Source of the DNA: Gemmatimonadales bacterium
Lineage (GTDB): Bacteria > Gemmatimonadota > Gemmatimonadetes > Gemmatimonadales > GWC2-71-9
Direction of reading: 5' to 3'
Length of the DNA stretch: 40,328 nucleotides
Assembly: GCA_041577295.1 (NCBI GenBank)
Contig: JBFGJG010000038.1
Location: 1 to 40,328, forward strand
In this document: piece after piece, positions 17,168-26,482 of the stretch
Layout of the letters: each line of letters begins with the position of its first letter
How positions within the stretch are numbered: the stretch's first letter is position 1
Notes under the pieces: model-generated
Database searches by the model: none
Told to the model about the DNA's origin: nothing
Seen by the model: the letters and a program-made list of their open reading frames with translations, nothing else
Program-made: the position numbers and the translations under genes

Positions 17168-18334
17168 CTACGTTCGTAGCGCCCGATCGAGATCGGCCAT
17201 CAGGTCGTCCGGATCCTCCAAGCCGACTGAAAGTCGTACTAGGCCCGCGCTGAGTCCGGTGCTCGCGCGGATGTCCTGCGGTACGCTCGCGTGGGTCATG
17301 GTGACGGGGTGTCCTATCAAGCTTTCCACGCCGCCAAGCGACTCCGCGAGTGCAAACAAGCGGGTCGCCTCGACGACCTTGGTTGCGCGCTCCAGCGATC
17401 CAACGTCCAACGAGATCATCCCACCGAATCCTCTCATCTGACGACACGCCAGGTCGTGCTGCGGATGGCTGGTCAACCCGGGATAGTACACGCGCCGAAC
17501 CGCTGGGTGCTGCTCCAGCCACTGCGCGATACGACGGCCCGACTGGTCGTGACGCTCCATTCGGACGGGTAGTGTCTTCGTTCCACGCAGTGTCAACCAA
17601 CAATCCAAGGGTCCGGGTACCGCTCCCGCCGCGTTCTGAAGAAATGCCAATCGCTCCGCCAGGTCGTCACGGGTGGTTACGATCAGTCCGCCCACGACGT
17701 CGCTGTGGCCGTTGAGGTACTTGGTGGTGGAGTGAACAACGAGTTCAGCGCCGAACTCGATTGGACGCTGGAAGTACGGAGTAGCAAACGTGTTGTCGAC
17801 GACCAGCATGGCGTCTTGCTGTCGCGCGAGTGCGGCCACGGCTCCCAGGTCCGTCAGATGCATCATCGGATTGGTCGGCGTCTCGACGAAGACCATCTTT
17901 GTGTGGGCCGTGAAGGCGCGCTCGAGGTTGGCGAGCTCTCTGGTGTCCACGAATGAGAACTCGAGTCCCATGCGCCGGAATACCTGGGTCATCAAGCGGT
18001 GAGTGCCGCCGTACACGTTTTCACCGCAGATTAGATGATCACCGGCGGAAAGCAGTTTCAGCACGCTGTCGATTGCAGCCATTCCCGAGGCGAAGGCCAA
18101 GCCGTGCCGCCCTCCCTCCAGAACCGCCACGTTTCGCTCGAGTGCGTCCCGGGTCGGGTTACGCGTTCGAGCGTACTCGAACCCTTTGTGCTTTCCCAGA
18201 CCCGATTGGACGTACGTCGAGGTCTGATAGATCGGGGGCATGATCGCCCCTGTCGTGTCGTCAGGGCGCTGGCCCGCGTGGATAGCCTGGGTGGCGAACT
18301 TGTGGTCGAGATCGTCGTCGAAAACGCGTGCCAT
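17168..18334 (-). CDS. metB: Cystathionine gamma-synthase/lyase (Cys/Met PLP-dependent)
   Basis: YARTRNPTR, FASGMAA, ETPTNP, VDNTFATP, HSTTKYLNGHSD, AESLGGVESL, RLSVGLED; synthase versus lyase not resolvable. Confidence 0.85.
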   Translation of the reverse strand: MARVFDDDLDHKFATQAIHAGQRPDDTTGAIMPPIYQTSTYVQSGLGKHKGFEYARTRNPTRDALERNVAVLEGGRHGLAFASGMAAIDSVLKLLSAGDHLICGENVYGGTHRLMTQVFRRMGLEFSFVDTRELANLERAFTAHTKMVFVETPTNPMMHLTDLGAVAALARQQDAMLVVDNTFATPYFQRPIEFGAELVVHSTTKYLNGHSDVVGGLIVTTRDDLAERLAFLQNAAGAVPGPLDCWLTLRGTKTLPVRMERHDQSGRRIAQWLEQHPAVRRVYYPGLTSHPQHDLACRQMRGFGGMISLDVGSLERATKVVEATRLFALAESLGGVESLIGHPVTMTHASVPQDIRASTGLSAGLVRLSVGLEDPDDLMADLDRALRT

Positions 18335-18438
18335 GTCAGACCGAGAAGTGGGAACCGCAACCTACATACGCCAGGAGCCCTGGGGCAAGCAACTCACAGT
18401 CTCGCAATGGCTCACGGCCGTCATTAGCTTCGCTACGT

Positions 18439-19803
18439 ATGACCAACACACTGATGACGAGCGTATCAGGCGTCCGGGGGATCGTGGGGAAGGATCTCAC
18501 ACCCGAGGTCGTCGTGCGCTTTGCCACGGCGTTTGGCCGCATCGCGCTGCGCTCCGAGCGTACCGACGTCGTGTTGGCACGAGACGCCCGGACCTCAGGG
18601 CCGATGTTCGCCTCCGTGGTTCGAGCGTCCTTGCAGGCGATCGGCCTGAACGTCATTGACTGCGGGCTGGTTCCCACCCCCACCGCGCAGCTGGCGGTGG
18701 AGCATCACGGGGCCGCCGGGGGCATCATCATTACGGCCAGCCACAATCCGGTGGAGTGGAATGCGCTCAAGTTCGTAGGCGCAGACGGGCTCTTCCTTGG
18801 TCAGCGAGAAGCCGATTGGCTCATGCAGATGGCGTCCGGAGCCGCGGGTTCCGGCGTGCCCTGGGATCGCATCGGTGTGGAGCGGCGCGATGGCGACGCC
18901 GTGAAGCGCCACATCGAGGGCGTGCTCGCGCTCCCACTGCTCGATGTCGACCGGATCCGGGACCAGCGGTTCACCGTGGCCCTCGACTGCGTCCGCGGAG
19001 CCGGTGGGACTATCATGCCGAAGCTCCTCGAGCAGCTGGGGTGTCGTGTCATTGGGATGGACCTCGAGACCGACGGTCGCTTCTCCCGGGCGCCGGAGCC
19101 AATCCCCGATCACCTCAAAGGTTTGGCGGCACTCGTGCTGAGCTCGGGAGCCGACGTCGGAATGGCGGTTGATCCCGACGTCGACCGGCTGGCACTAGTA
19201 GATCAGGACGGGCGCCCCATTGGCGAGGACTACACCCTCGCGTTCGCGGTCCGCGCTGTCCTCCAGCGGCAGCAGGGGCCCGTCGTCGTCAACCTCTCGA
19301 CCTCGCTACTGGTGGACGACGCCGCCAAGTCCTTCGGAGTCACGGTGGGGCGCGCGCCGGTTGGCGAGGCCAATGTGGCCCGTGCGATGCGGGAGGCCAA
19401 CGCGGTCATTGGGGGAGAGGGCAACGGTGGTGTGATCCTGCCAGCCCTGCACCTTGGGCGCGATGCCCCGGTGGCCGCGGCTCTCGTGCTCGCGTTGCTC
19501 GCCAGCTCGGGCAAGAAGGTCAGTGACCTCGTGGCGGCGGCGCCCAGGTATGTCATCGTCAAGGCCAAGGTGCCACGACGCGGCAACATGGACGGCACCT
19601 ACATACGACTCGAGAGTCGGTTTGCCGATGCGCAGATGGACCGGCAGGACGGATTGCGCGTGGCGTGGGCAGATCGGTGGCTTCACGTGCGGCCATCCGG
19701 CACTGAGCCGATCGTCCGAATCATTGCCGAGGCGCCATCCCGCGAAGACGCGGACGGGCTCATTCAAAGCGCCCGGAAGCTATTTGAGGGAGAACAACCC
19801 TGA
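18439..19803 (+). CDS. glmM: Phosphoglucosamine mutase (alpha-D-phosphohexomutase)
   Basis: SVSGVRG, ITASHNP, DPDVDR, GGEGNGG, VRPSGTEP; directly upstream of glmS. Confidence 0.88.
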   Translation: MTNTLMTSVSGVRGIVGKDLTPEVVVRFATAFGRIALRSERTDVVLARDARTSGPMFASVVRASLQAIGLNVIDCGLVPTPTAQLAVEHHGAAGGIIITASHNPVEWNALKFVGADGLFLGQREADWLMQMASGAAGSGVPWDRIGVERRDGDAVKRHIEGVLALPLLDVDRIRDQRFTVALDCVRGAGGTIMPKLLEQLGCRVIGMDLETDGRFSRAPEPIPDHLKGLAALVLSSGADVGMAVDPDVDRLALVDQDGRPIGEDYTLAFAVRAVLQRQQGPVVVNLSTSLLVDDAAKSFGVTVGRAPVGEANVARAMREANAVIGGEGNGGVILPALHLGRDAPVAAALVLALLASSGKKVSDLVAAAPRYVIVKAKVPRRGNMDGTYIRLESRFADAQMDRQDGLRVAWADRWLHVRPSGTEPIVRIIAEAPSREDADGLIQSARKLFEGEQP

Positions 19804-19804
19804 T

Positions 19805-21631
19805 ATGTGTGGCATCATCGCGTACATAGGCCGCCGTCAGGCGGTTCCTCTTCTCCTGGAAGGGCTACGTCGTCTCGAGTATCGGGGTTATGACTCGGCC
19901 GGACTGGCCGTTCTCGAGGACGGCCGCCTCACTATCGAGAAGACCGCAGGCCGGATCAGCGATCTCCAGACTCACCTTGGCGGACGTCAGCCCGCCGGTG
20001 TGGTTGGGATTGCCCACACACGCTGGGCGACCCACGGCGTCCCGAATCGCGAGAACGCCCATCCTCACGTTGACTGCGGCGACACGATCGCCCTCGTACA
20101 CAATGGGATCATCGAGAACGCGGGGGCGTTACGCGAAGTGCTCACGCAGCGCGGGCATCAGTTTCGCTCCGAGACGGATACGGAGGTGCTCACTCACCTG
20201 ATCGAAGAGCTGTACCAGGGATCGCTCGAGGAGGCCGTAGCTGCCGCGCTCAAAGAGGTGGATGGGGCGTATGGTATCGCGGTGGTGTCATCCCGCGAAC
20301 CAGGAACGTTGGTAGCGGCACGTCATGGGTCCCCGTTGTTGCTCGGGCTCGGAGACGACGAGTACTTCGTGGCGTCCGATGCCGCCGCGGTCCTCGAGCA
20401 CACGCGGTCGGTCGTCTACCTCGACGATGGTGAGATCGCAGTGATGGAGGACTCCGGTTACCGCATCACCGATCTCGAAACCACGAGGGTCGAAAAGCTG
20501 GTGAGCACGTTGGAGTGGGATCTCGCGACGCTCGAACGCGGCGGGTATGCCCACTTCATGTTGAAGGAGATCATGGAGCAGGCGGATGCCATCCGAAACA
20601 CCATTCGCGGACGCCTGCTGGAGGAGGAAGGCTCGGCACGGCTTACTGGCCTCAACATCAAGGATCAGCAGCTCCTGGAGTTCGACCGAGTGATTCTCAC
20701 CGCGTGTGGAACCTCATGGCATGCGGCATTGATCGGGGAATACATGCTCGAGGAACTCGCGAGGATCCCTGTTGAGGTCGAATACGCCTCGGAGTTTCGC
20801 TATCGAAACCCCATCGTCGACGAGCGCACACTCGTTGTGGGCATTTCGCAGAGCGGCGAGACGGCCGACACCCTAGCCGCGGTTCGTGAGGCAAAGAAGC
20901 GCGGTGCGCGCACGATCGGGATCGTGAACGTCGTTGGGAGCAGTCTGGCGCGGGAGGTGGACGGCGGCATGTACATCCATGCGGGACCCGAGGTGGGCGT
21001 CGCAAGCACGAAGGCGTTTACCTGCCAGATCGTGGCGCTTGCCATGCTCACCCTGCGGTTAGGGAGGCTGCGGGCGTTGTCGGTCCTTCAGGGACGCGAG
21101 ATCGTCCGCGCGTTGCGCCAGCTCCCTGAGCAGGTATCCGCCGTGCTCGCGAAGGCTCGGGAGGCTGAGGAGCTCGCCCAGTCGTTCATGCGGGCGCAGA
21201 ACGCGCTCTACCTCGGCCGAGGCTACAACTTTCCGGTCGCCCTGGAGGGCGCGCTCAAGCTCAAGGAAATCTCTTACGTGCACGCTGAGGGGTATCCCGC
21301 AGCCGAGATGAAGCACGGGCCCATCGCACTCATCGACGAGTTGATGCCCGTGATCTTCATCGCTCCGCGTGACAAGGTGTATCAGAAGATCGTTTCCAAT
21401 CTGGAAGAGGTGAAAGCCCGCCGCGGCCACGCGTGGGCGGTGGTCACGGAAGGAGACCGCAGGATCGCGGAGCTCGCCGATCACATCTTCACGATTCCAG
21501 AGACCATCGATCCTTTGACACCTGTCCTCTCGGTGTTGCCCCTTCAACTCTTCGCGTACTACATCGCCGTTCGTCGTGGGTGTGACGTCGACCGGCCACG
21601 AAATCTGGCCAAGTCCGTGACGGTGGAGTGA
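19805..21631 (+). CDS. glmS: Glutamine-fructose-6-phosphate aminotransferase
   Basis: MCGI start, EYRGYDSAG, HTRWATHG, SQSGETAD, ASTKAF, EGALKLKE, PRNLAKSVTVE. Confidence 0.98.
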   Translation: MCGIIAYIGRRQAVPLLLEGLRRLEYRGYDSAGLAVLEDGRLTIEKTAGRISDLQTHLGGRQPAGVVGIAHTRWATHGVPNRENAHPHVDCGDTIALVHNGIIENAGALREVLTQRGHQFRSETDTEVLTHLIEELYQGSLEEAVAAALKEVDGAYGIAVVSSREPGTLVAARHGSPLLLGLGDDEYFVASDAAAVLEHTRSVVYLDDGEIAVMEDSGYRITDLETTRVEKLVSTLEWDLATLERGGYAHFMLKEIMEQADAIRNTIRGRLLEEEGSARLTGLNIKDQQLLEFDRVILTACGTSWHAALIGEYMLEELARIPVEVEYASEFRYRNPIVDERTLVVGISQSGETADTLAAVREAKKRGARTIGIVNVVGSSLAREVDGGMYIHAGPEVGVASTKAFTCQIVALAMLTLRLGRLRALSVLQGREIVRALRQLPEQVSAVLAKAREAEELAQSFMRAQNALYLGRGYNFPVALEGALKLKEISYVHAEGYPAAEMKHGPIALIDELMPVIFIAPRDKVYQKIVSNLEEVKARRGHAWAVVTEGDRRIAELADHIFTIPETIDPLTPVLSVLPLQLFAYYIAVRRGCDVDRPRNLAKSVTVE

Positions 21632-21737
21632 GCGCCGTCCGCCATCAACGCTTGTCCCTCCGTTCTGCACGAGGTCCCGCCATCATGCTTCGCGCCACCC
21701 TTATCTGGCGGCGTCTCCCTGCCGTGTGGGGTTTGGT

Positions 21738-22175
21738 ATGAGAGTCGTGCTTCAGCGGGTGTCGCGGGCGTCGGTCACGGTTGACGAGGAAATCACCGGG
21801 AAAATCGCATGTGGGTTCCTCATTCTGGTGGGGTTCACCCGCGGTGACGGGGTCGAGCAGCTCGAGTGGATGGCGGACAAGATCGTTGGCCTCCGAGTGT
21901 TTGCCGACGACGAGGGGAAGATGAACCGCGACCTGCGCGAGGTGGGTGGCGACGTGCTGGTCGTGTCACAGTTCACGCTCTACGGTGATGCTCGTAAGGG
22001 GCGAAGGCCGTCCTTCGTGGCCGCGGCGCCTCCTGAGGCGGCGGAGCGGCTCTACCAAGAGTTCGTCGGGGCACTGGGTCGCCGGGGCGTTCGAGTGCAA
22101 GAAGGGGTCTTCGGCGCGATGATGGATGTGGAACTCGTGAACGACGGGCCTGTTACGCTGATTCTCGAACGATGA
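21738..22175 (+). CDS. dtd: D-aminoacyl-tRNA deacylase
   Basis: MRVVLQRV, VSQFTL, KGRRPSF, FGAMM, NDGPVT. Confidence 0.96.
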   Translation: MRVVLQRVSRASVTVDEEITGKIACGFLILVGFTRGDGVEQLEWMADKIVGLRVFADDEGKMNRDLREVGGDVLVVSQFTLYGDARKGRRPSFVAAAPPEAAERLYQEFVGALGRRGVRVQEGVFGAMMDVELVNDGPVTLILER

Positions 22176-22744
22176 TCGTACTCGCTTCCGGCTCACCCAG
22201 GCGGCGACGGCTGCTCGAAATGCTCGGCATCCCGCACACGGTGGATGCCCCGGAAATCGACGAGCGGTTCGAACCTGCGGAGCTCCCCGAGATGCACGCC
22301 GCGCGGCTCGCCCGGGAGAAGGCACAGGTGGTGGCCGAGCGCCACCCGGGCTCCCTCGTGCTCGCGGCGGACACGGTTGTGGTTCTGGAGGACCGTGTCA
22401 TAGGCAAGCCACTGTCGTCCGCCGACGCTGAGCGAACCTTGCTGGCCTTGTCCGGGCGTGAGCACCGTGTGGTGACCGCGGTGGCGCTCACTCGGGACGG
22501 GCAGGTATGGGAGCGATGTGACATCACGAAGGTGTGGTTCCGACGGCTTTCCAGGGAGGTGGTGCGTGCCTATGTGGAGACCGGTGAGCCGATGGACAAG
22601 GCCGGTTCCTACGGAGTGCAGGGGTATGGGGCCGTGTTGGTGGACCGGATCGAGGGAGATTTCTTCAGCGTGATGGGTTTGCCGGTACGCCTGGTGGCCG
22701 AACTGCTCGAACTCGCGGATTCGCCCTACCGCTTCACGCGATAA
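22172..22744 (+). CDS. maf: Maf family nucleoside triphosphate pyrophosphatase
   Basis: LASGSPRR, ADTVV, GKP, LSGREH, DKAGSYGVQG, VMGLP; ATGA overlap with dtd. Confidence 0.95.
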   Translation: MIVLASGSPRRRRLLEMLGIPHTVDAPEIDERFEPAELPEMHAARLAREKAQVVAERHPGSLVLAADTVVVLEDRVIGKPLSSADAERTLLALSGREHRVVTAVALTRDGQVWERCDITKVWFRRLSREVVRAYVETGEPMDKAGSYGVQGYGAVLVDRIEGDFFSVMGLPVRLVAELLELADSPYRFTR

Positions 22745-24336
22745 ACGGCGACCGCCTGCGCTTTTCCTTTGAGTTGCAGGGGCTCGAGTGTCTCGATGGC
22801 TGGTGGATCCTTGAGGGCCCGGTAGAGCGGCTCCGTAATGAGGATTTCACGCGGCCCCGCCTTGGTGCAGAGCCGAGATGCGGTGTTCACCGCGTCGCCG
22901 AGCACGGTGTACTCGAGCCGACGATCGCTGCCGATGTTGCCAGCGAACACCTCCCCAAAGTTGATCCCGATCCCGATCTCGACTCGCCGCCGTCCTTCCT
23001 TAGCCCACTTTGCGTTCAGCTCATCGAGCACTTGCTGCATCTCCATGGCGGCGCGAATCGCGCGGTCCGCGTCGTCATCCCGCCCAAGAGGAGCTCCCCA
23101 CAGCGCCATGATCGCATCGCCCATGAATTTGTCGAGCGTGCCCCCGTGCTCGAAGACGATCTCAACCATCTCCGTGAAATACTCGGTGAGCAACGTTGCG
23201 ATCTCGTCCGGGCTCATCTCCTCTGACATCGGCGTGAACCCCCGGATGTCGCTGAAGAAGATCACCACCGGCCGCTTCGTGCCGCCCAGCTGCACGTCGC
23301 CCTCCTGGCTCGCGATCTGGCTGGCGAGGTCCGGGGCGAAGTAGCGCTGGAAGTTCGAGAGCATCACGGCTTCACGACGCACCCGCTCAGTCAGCTGGCT
23401 GTTCTCGATGGCCACCGCCGCGATACCGGAGAATGCAATGAGGAACTCCAGGTCCTCGTCGCTGAAGGAGTTGGTCGCAGTGAGGTTGTCGACATAGATG
23501 ATGCCGAGCACGGTGCCATCGCTTCCCATCAGCGGCGTGCACATGGCGCTGCGGACGCTCTGCAGCACGATTGATTTTCCTTTGAACCGTTCGTCAGCCG
23601 CCGCGTTGTCGGTGAGAATGGCCAAACGCTCGTTCACAGCGCGGCGCGCGATCGATTGTGGAACGTGGCGACTCCCGCCCGCATCGCCGAGGCGGTTGCG
23701 GGACACTCGCGGTACGAGCTCTTGGGCCGTCCCCTCGACCATGAGCATCGACACACGATCGACGTTCATGACCTGGAACGTGATGTCGACGACTTTCTCG
23801 AGCAGTTTGTTGACGTCTTGTTGTTTCGACAACTCCTTCGAGATATCGAGCAACAACGACAGCTTGCGTGCTTGACGCTCCTCCTCCGTCTCGCCGCCCA
23901 GCTTGAGGTGCGAGGCGCCACTGGGGCGGGAGGTGGCTTTCTCGATCTCTCCCGCCGCTGAAACGGCAACTTGCTTGACAATGGTGGCGTCTGGTGGCTT
24001 GACGGCCGCGGCAAAATCGTCGGGAATCGAGGGCCGGGCGATTGGTGGGGTAACCTCCACTACCTTGAAGGCCACCTTCCCAAACGTGACGATGTCACCA
24101 TCTGCTGCAGTCGTTTCGGAGACCCGAGAGCCGTTCACGAACGTCCCGTTGCTGGACCCCAGATCACGAATGCGTACCCCACCGTTGGTGAGTACGAGCT
24201 CGGCGTGGCGTCGCGAAACGGTCGGATCGTAGATGGGAACGTCGCTCGTCACCGCTCGCCCGACGGTGACGGGTCGCCGCTGCGTGAGGTCGATAGTCTG
24301 TTCGCCGGCGGTGCTCAGCAGTTTGAACGCGGGCAA
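22726..24336 (-). CDS. FHA-GAF-class III adenylate cyclase
   Basis: FHA (VGR, SRRHA, DLGSSNGTFVNG), GAF, catalytic FSDIRGFT, DKFMGDA, EYTVLGDAVNTASRL; TTG start after AGGAG. Confidence 0.92.
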   Translation of the reverse strand: MPAFKLLSTAGEQTIDLTQRRPVTVGRAVTSDVPIYDPTVSRRHAELVLTNGGVRIRDLGSSNGTFVNGSRVSETTAADGDIVTFGKVAFKVVEVTPPIARPSIPDDFAAAVKPPDATIVKQVAVSAAGEIEKATSRPSGASHLKLGGETEEERQARKLSLLLDISKELSKQQDVNKLLEKVVDITFQVMNVDRVSMLMVEGTAQELVPRVSRNRLGDAGGSRHVPQSIARRAVNERLAILTDNAAADERFKGKSIVLQSVRSAMCTPLMGSDGTVLGIIYVDNLTATNSFSDEDLEFLIAFSGIAAVAIENSQLTERVRREAVMLSNFQRYFAPDLASQIASQEGDVQLGGTKRPVVIFFSDIRGFTPMSEEMSPDEIATLLTEYFTEMVEIVFEHGGTLDKFMGDAIMALWGAPLGRDDDADRAIRAAMEMQQVLDELNAKWAKEGRRRVEIGIGINFGEVFAGNIGSDRRLEYTVLGDAVNTASRLCTKAGPREILITEPLYRALKDPPAIETLEPLQLKGKAQAVAVYRVKR

Positions 24337-24360
24337 GATCTCGTACTCCTAGGAGACCAG

Positions 24361-24366
24361 AATATA
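24361..24366 (-). promoter_or_regulatory. Putative -10 element TATATT for the cyclase gene
   Basis: Minus-strand TATATT in the 50-bp trpE-cyclase gap, ahead of the AGGAG SD. Confidence 0.45.
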
Positions 24367-24386
24367 CCTGGAGCGAGAGCGTCTAG

Positions 24387-25880
24387 CTAATCAGCGACGG
24401 CGAGTGCGAGTGCGCGGAGAACGGCACCCGCCTTGTTTTCGGTTTCGACGAGCTCCCGTTCCGGGATGCTGTCCGCAACAATTCCAGCACCCGCTTGCAC
24501 GGAAGCTTGGTCACCCCGGAGTACCGCCGTTCGGATCGTGATGGCGGTGTCCATGGTGGCAGCACCCCAGCCGATGTACCCCACCGCGCCGGCGTACGGG
24601 CCACGACGGGTCGGCTCGAGTGAATCGAGGATCTGCATCGCACGCACTTTGGGCGCGCCGGAGACAGTTCCCGCTGGGAATGCGGAGCGGAGGGCGTCGA
24701 TGGCGTCATATTCGGGGCGCAGCTGCCCGCGTACCTCGCTCGCGATGTGTTGCACCTGTGAGTAGCGCTCGATGGTCTTGTGTTCGGTGACGCGGACCGA
24801 GCCATAGCTCGCGACCCGTCCGACGTCGTTGCGTCCGAGATCCACCAGCATTGCGTGCTCGGCGAGCTCCTTTTCATCGGTGAGGAGATCGTCCGCGAGT
24901 CGTGCGTCCTCGGCGGCACTTTGCCCCCGCGGTCTCGTGCCTGCGATCGGTCGCACCGTCACTTCGCCATCTTCGACACGCACCAACACCTCTGGCGAGC
25001 TGCCGGCTAGCGCGAGGTCGTCGAGCTTCAAAAGGTAGAGGTACGGTGCTGGATTGAGCGTGCGAAGCGTTCGGTACACCGCGAGGGGATCGGCGCGGCA
25101 CACCAAATCCTGACGCCGCGACAGCACCGTTTGGTAGGTGTCGCCGGCGCGGATGTACTCCTTGATGTGCTCGATGTCCCGAATGAAATGGTCCTCGCGG
25201 TATGGGCTGGTGCTGGGCAGCGGTCGGCCGCCCTCCAAGCGAATCGTGGGAAGCGTCGGGGGGGCTGGAAGTCGTTCGAGCAGCTGCTCAATACGTGCCC
25301 TGGCGCGATCGTAATGCCGACGCACGTCGGCCGGCGTCTCGCTGCGGTCCACTTGTGTACTCGCGATGACGATGGCGCGCGCACGGGTGTTGTCGATCGC
25401 AACCAGGGTATCCGCCATCATGAAGATTGCGTCGGGCACGGCCAGGTCGTCGACCGGGCCACCGGGGAGCCGCTCGATCGCGCGAACCGCGTCGTACGCC
25501 AAGTAGCCAACGACGCCGCCGGCAAAGCGGGGCAGCTGCGCGGCTCGTGCGGCCGGGCGTGTGCGTATTTCGTGTCCGATGTGGTGTAACGGGTCGGGTG
25601 CGGGTTGACGATCTTGCCAACCGCGTTCCGGTGTCCACCGTTCTACGCAACCACCGCGATACCGCCAGGCCTCAGAAGGCTCCGTCCCGAGAAACGTGTA
25701 ACGAGCCCACCGCTCTCCGCCGACTAGTGACTCGAGCAAAAACCCAAAAGGCGGGCGCGCCACGGCCGCGTAGGCACTGACGGGGGTGAGCGTATCCGCA
25801 GCGAACTGCTGGACAACCGGGATCACTCCGCCAGCGCGCGCCTGTTTGCGGAACGCTTCGAACGAAGTCGGCGCGGTCAT
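24387..25880 (-). CDS. trpE: Anthranilate synthase component I
   Basis: DTLTPV, FLLES, NPAPY, GSSPE, PIAGTRPRG, KELAEHAMLVDLGRND, FPAGTVSGAPK, QAGAGIVADS. Confidence 0.9.
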   Translation of the reverse strand: MTAPTSFEAFRKQARAGGVIPVVQQFAADTLTPVSAYAAVARPPFGFLLESLVGGERWARYTFLGTEPSEAWRYRGGCVERWTPERGWQDRQPAPDPLHHIGHEIRTRPAARAAQLPRFAGGVVGYLAYDAVRAIERLPGGPVDDLAVPDAIFMMADTLVAIDNTRARAIVIASTQVDRSETPADVRRHYDRARARIEQLLERLPAPPTLPTIRLEGGRPLPSTSPYREDHFIRDIEHIKEYIRAGDTYQTVLSRRQDLVCRADPLAVYRTLRTLNPAPYLYLLKLDDLALAGSSPEVLVRVEDGEVTVRPIAGTRPRGQSAAEDARLADDLLTDEKELAEHAMLVDLGRNDVGRVASYGSVRVTEHKTIERYSQVQHIASEVRGQLRPEYDAIDALRSAFPAGTVSGAPKVRAMQILDSLEPTRRGPYAGAVGYIGWGAATMDTAITIRTAVLRGDQASVQAGAGIVADSIPERELVETENKAGAVLRALALAVAD

Positions 25881-26461
25881 CGAGGGGCGGCGAGCACGAA
25901 CTCGCCCGCGGCCTCAGGAGAGGCACTCACCTCATCGGATCCAGTGGCGCGGGAGTTCGGTGCCTCACTCCACAAATCGACGCCAACACGTTGCCAAATA
26001 TCGAGCGCGCGGGCGTAGGCTTCCCGGCTTGCGTATGTGGGTGAGCCATCGGCGACGCTGAAGTCACCGTAGCGTGCAAAGAAGAGACCGATGGTGGGGC
26101 GGAATCCGTTTGTGAATGTGACCCCGACTGGCTCGATCGTTATGCCGTACCCGCCGGTGCGGGGACTCACCGTCACGAAGACCGAGTCCTCCGGGCCCAA
26201 GGCCTGCCCGTTCAGCGACGCAAGGGAGCCGGCCGGGAAGTCCGTTTCGCCGTACGGGGTCAGCGTAGGGTCGGCGTGTGAGAGAACTCGCGCCACCGCG
26301 CGCTCGTTGAACACCCAGAAGCTCACGGTCGACGGCGTGGGCGCGCCTGACTGTTGGGCAAGAATGAGCAGCTCTGCGGTCGAGAGCGTGCGCCCTCCCG
26401 GTGCGATGACGTCGGTGCACGCGGCGAGGAATGTGACGAGCAGCGTTGCTGCCCATCCCAT
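25877..26461 (-). CDS. Hypothetical lipoprotein
   Basis: ATG 26461; hydrophobic stretch with lipobox LAAC; stop overlaps the trpE start (ATGA). Confidence 0.65.
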   Translation of the reverse strand: MGWAATLLVTFLAACTDVIAPGGRTLSTAELLILAQQSGAPTPSTVSFWVFNERAVARVLSHADPTLTPYGETDFPAGSLASLNGQALGPEDSVFVTVSPRTGGYGITIEPVGVTFTNGFRPTIGLFFARYGDFSVADGSPTYASREAYARALDIWQRVGVDLWSEAPNSRATGSDEVSASPEAAGEFVLAAPR

Positions 26462-26482
26462 GCCCCGTGATATTGCGCGTCG

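Noticed and set aside
18335..18438. Possible SAM riboswitch upstream of metB
   Set aside because: The 104-bp gap holds divergent promoters and no SAM-I/II conserved motifs were seen
19795..19810. Possible glmS ribozyme
   Set aside because: glmM stop and glmS start are 1 nt apart, leaving no room for it
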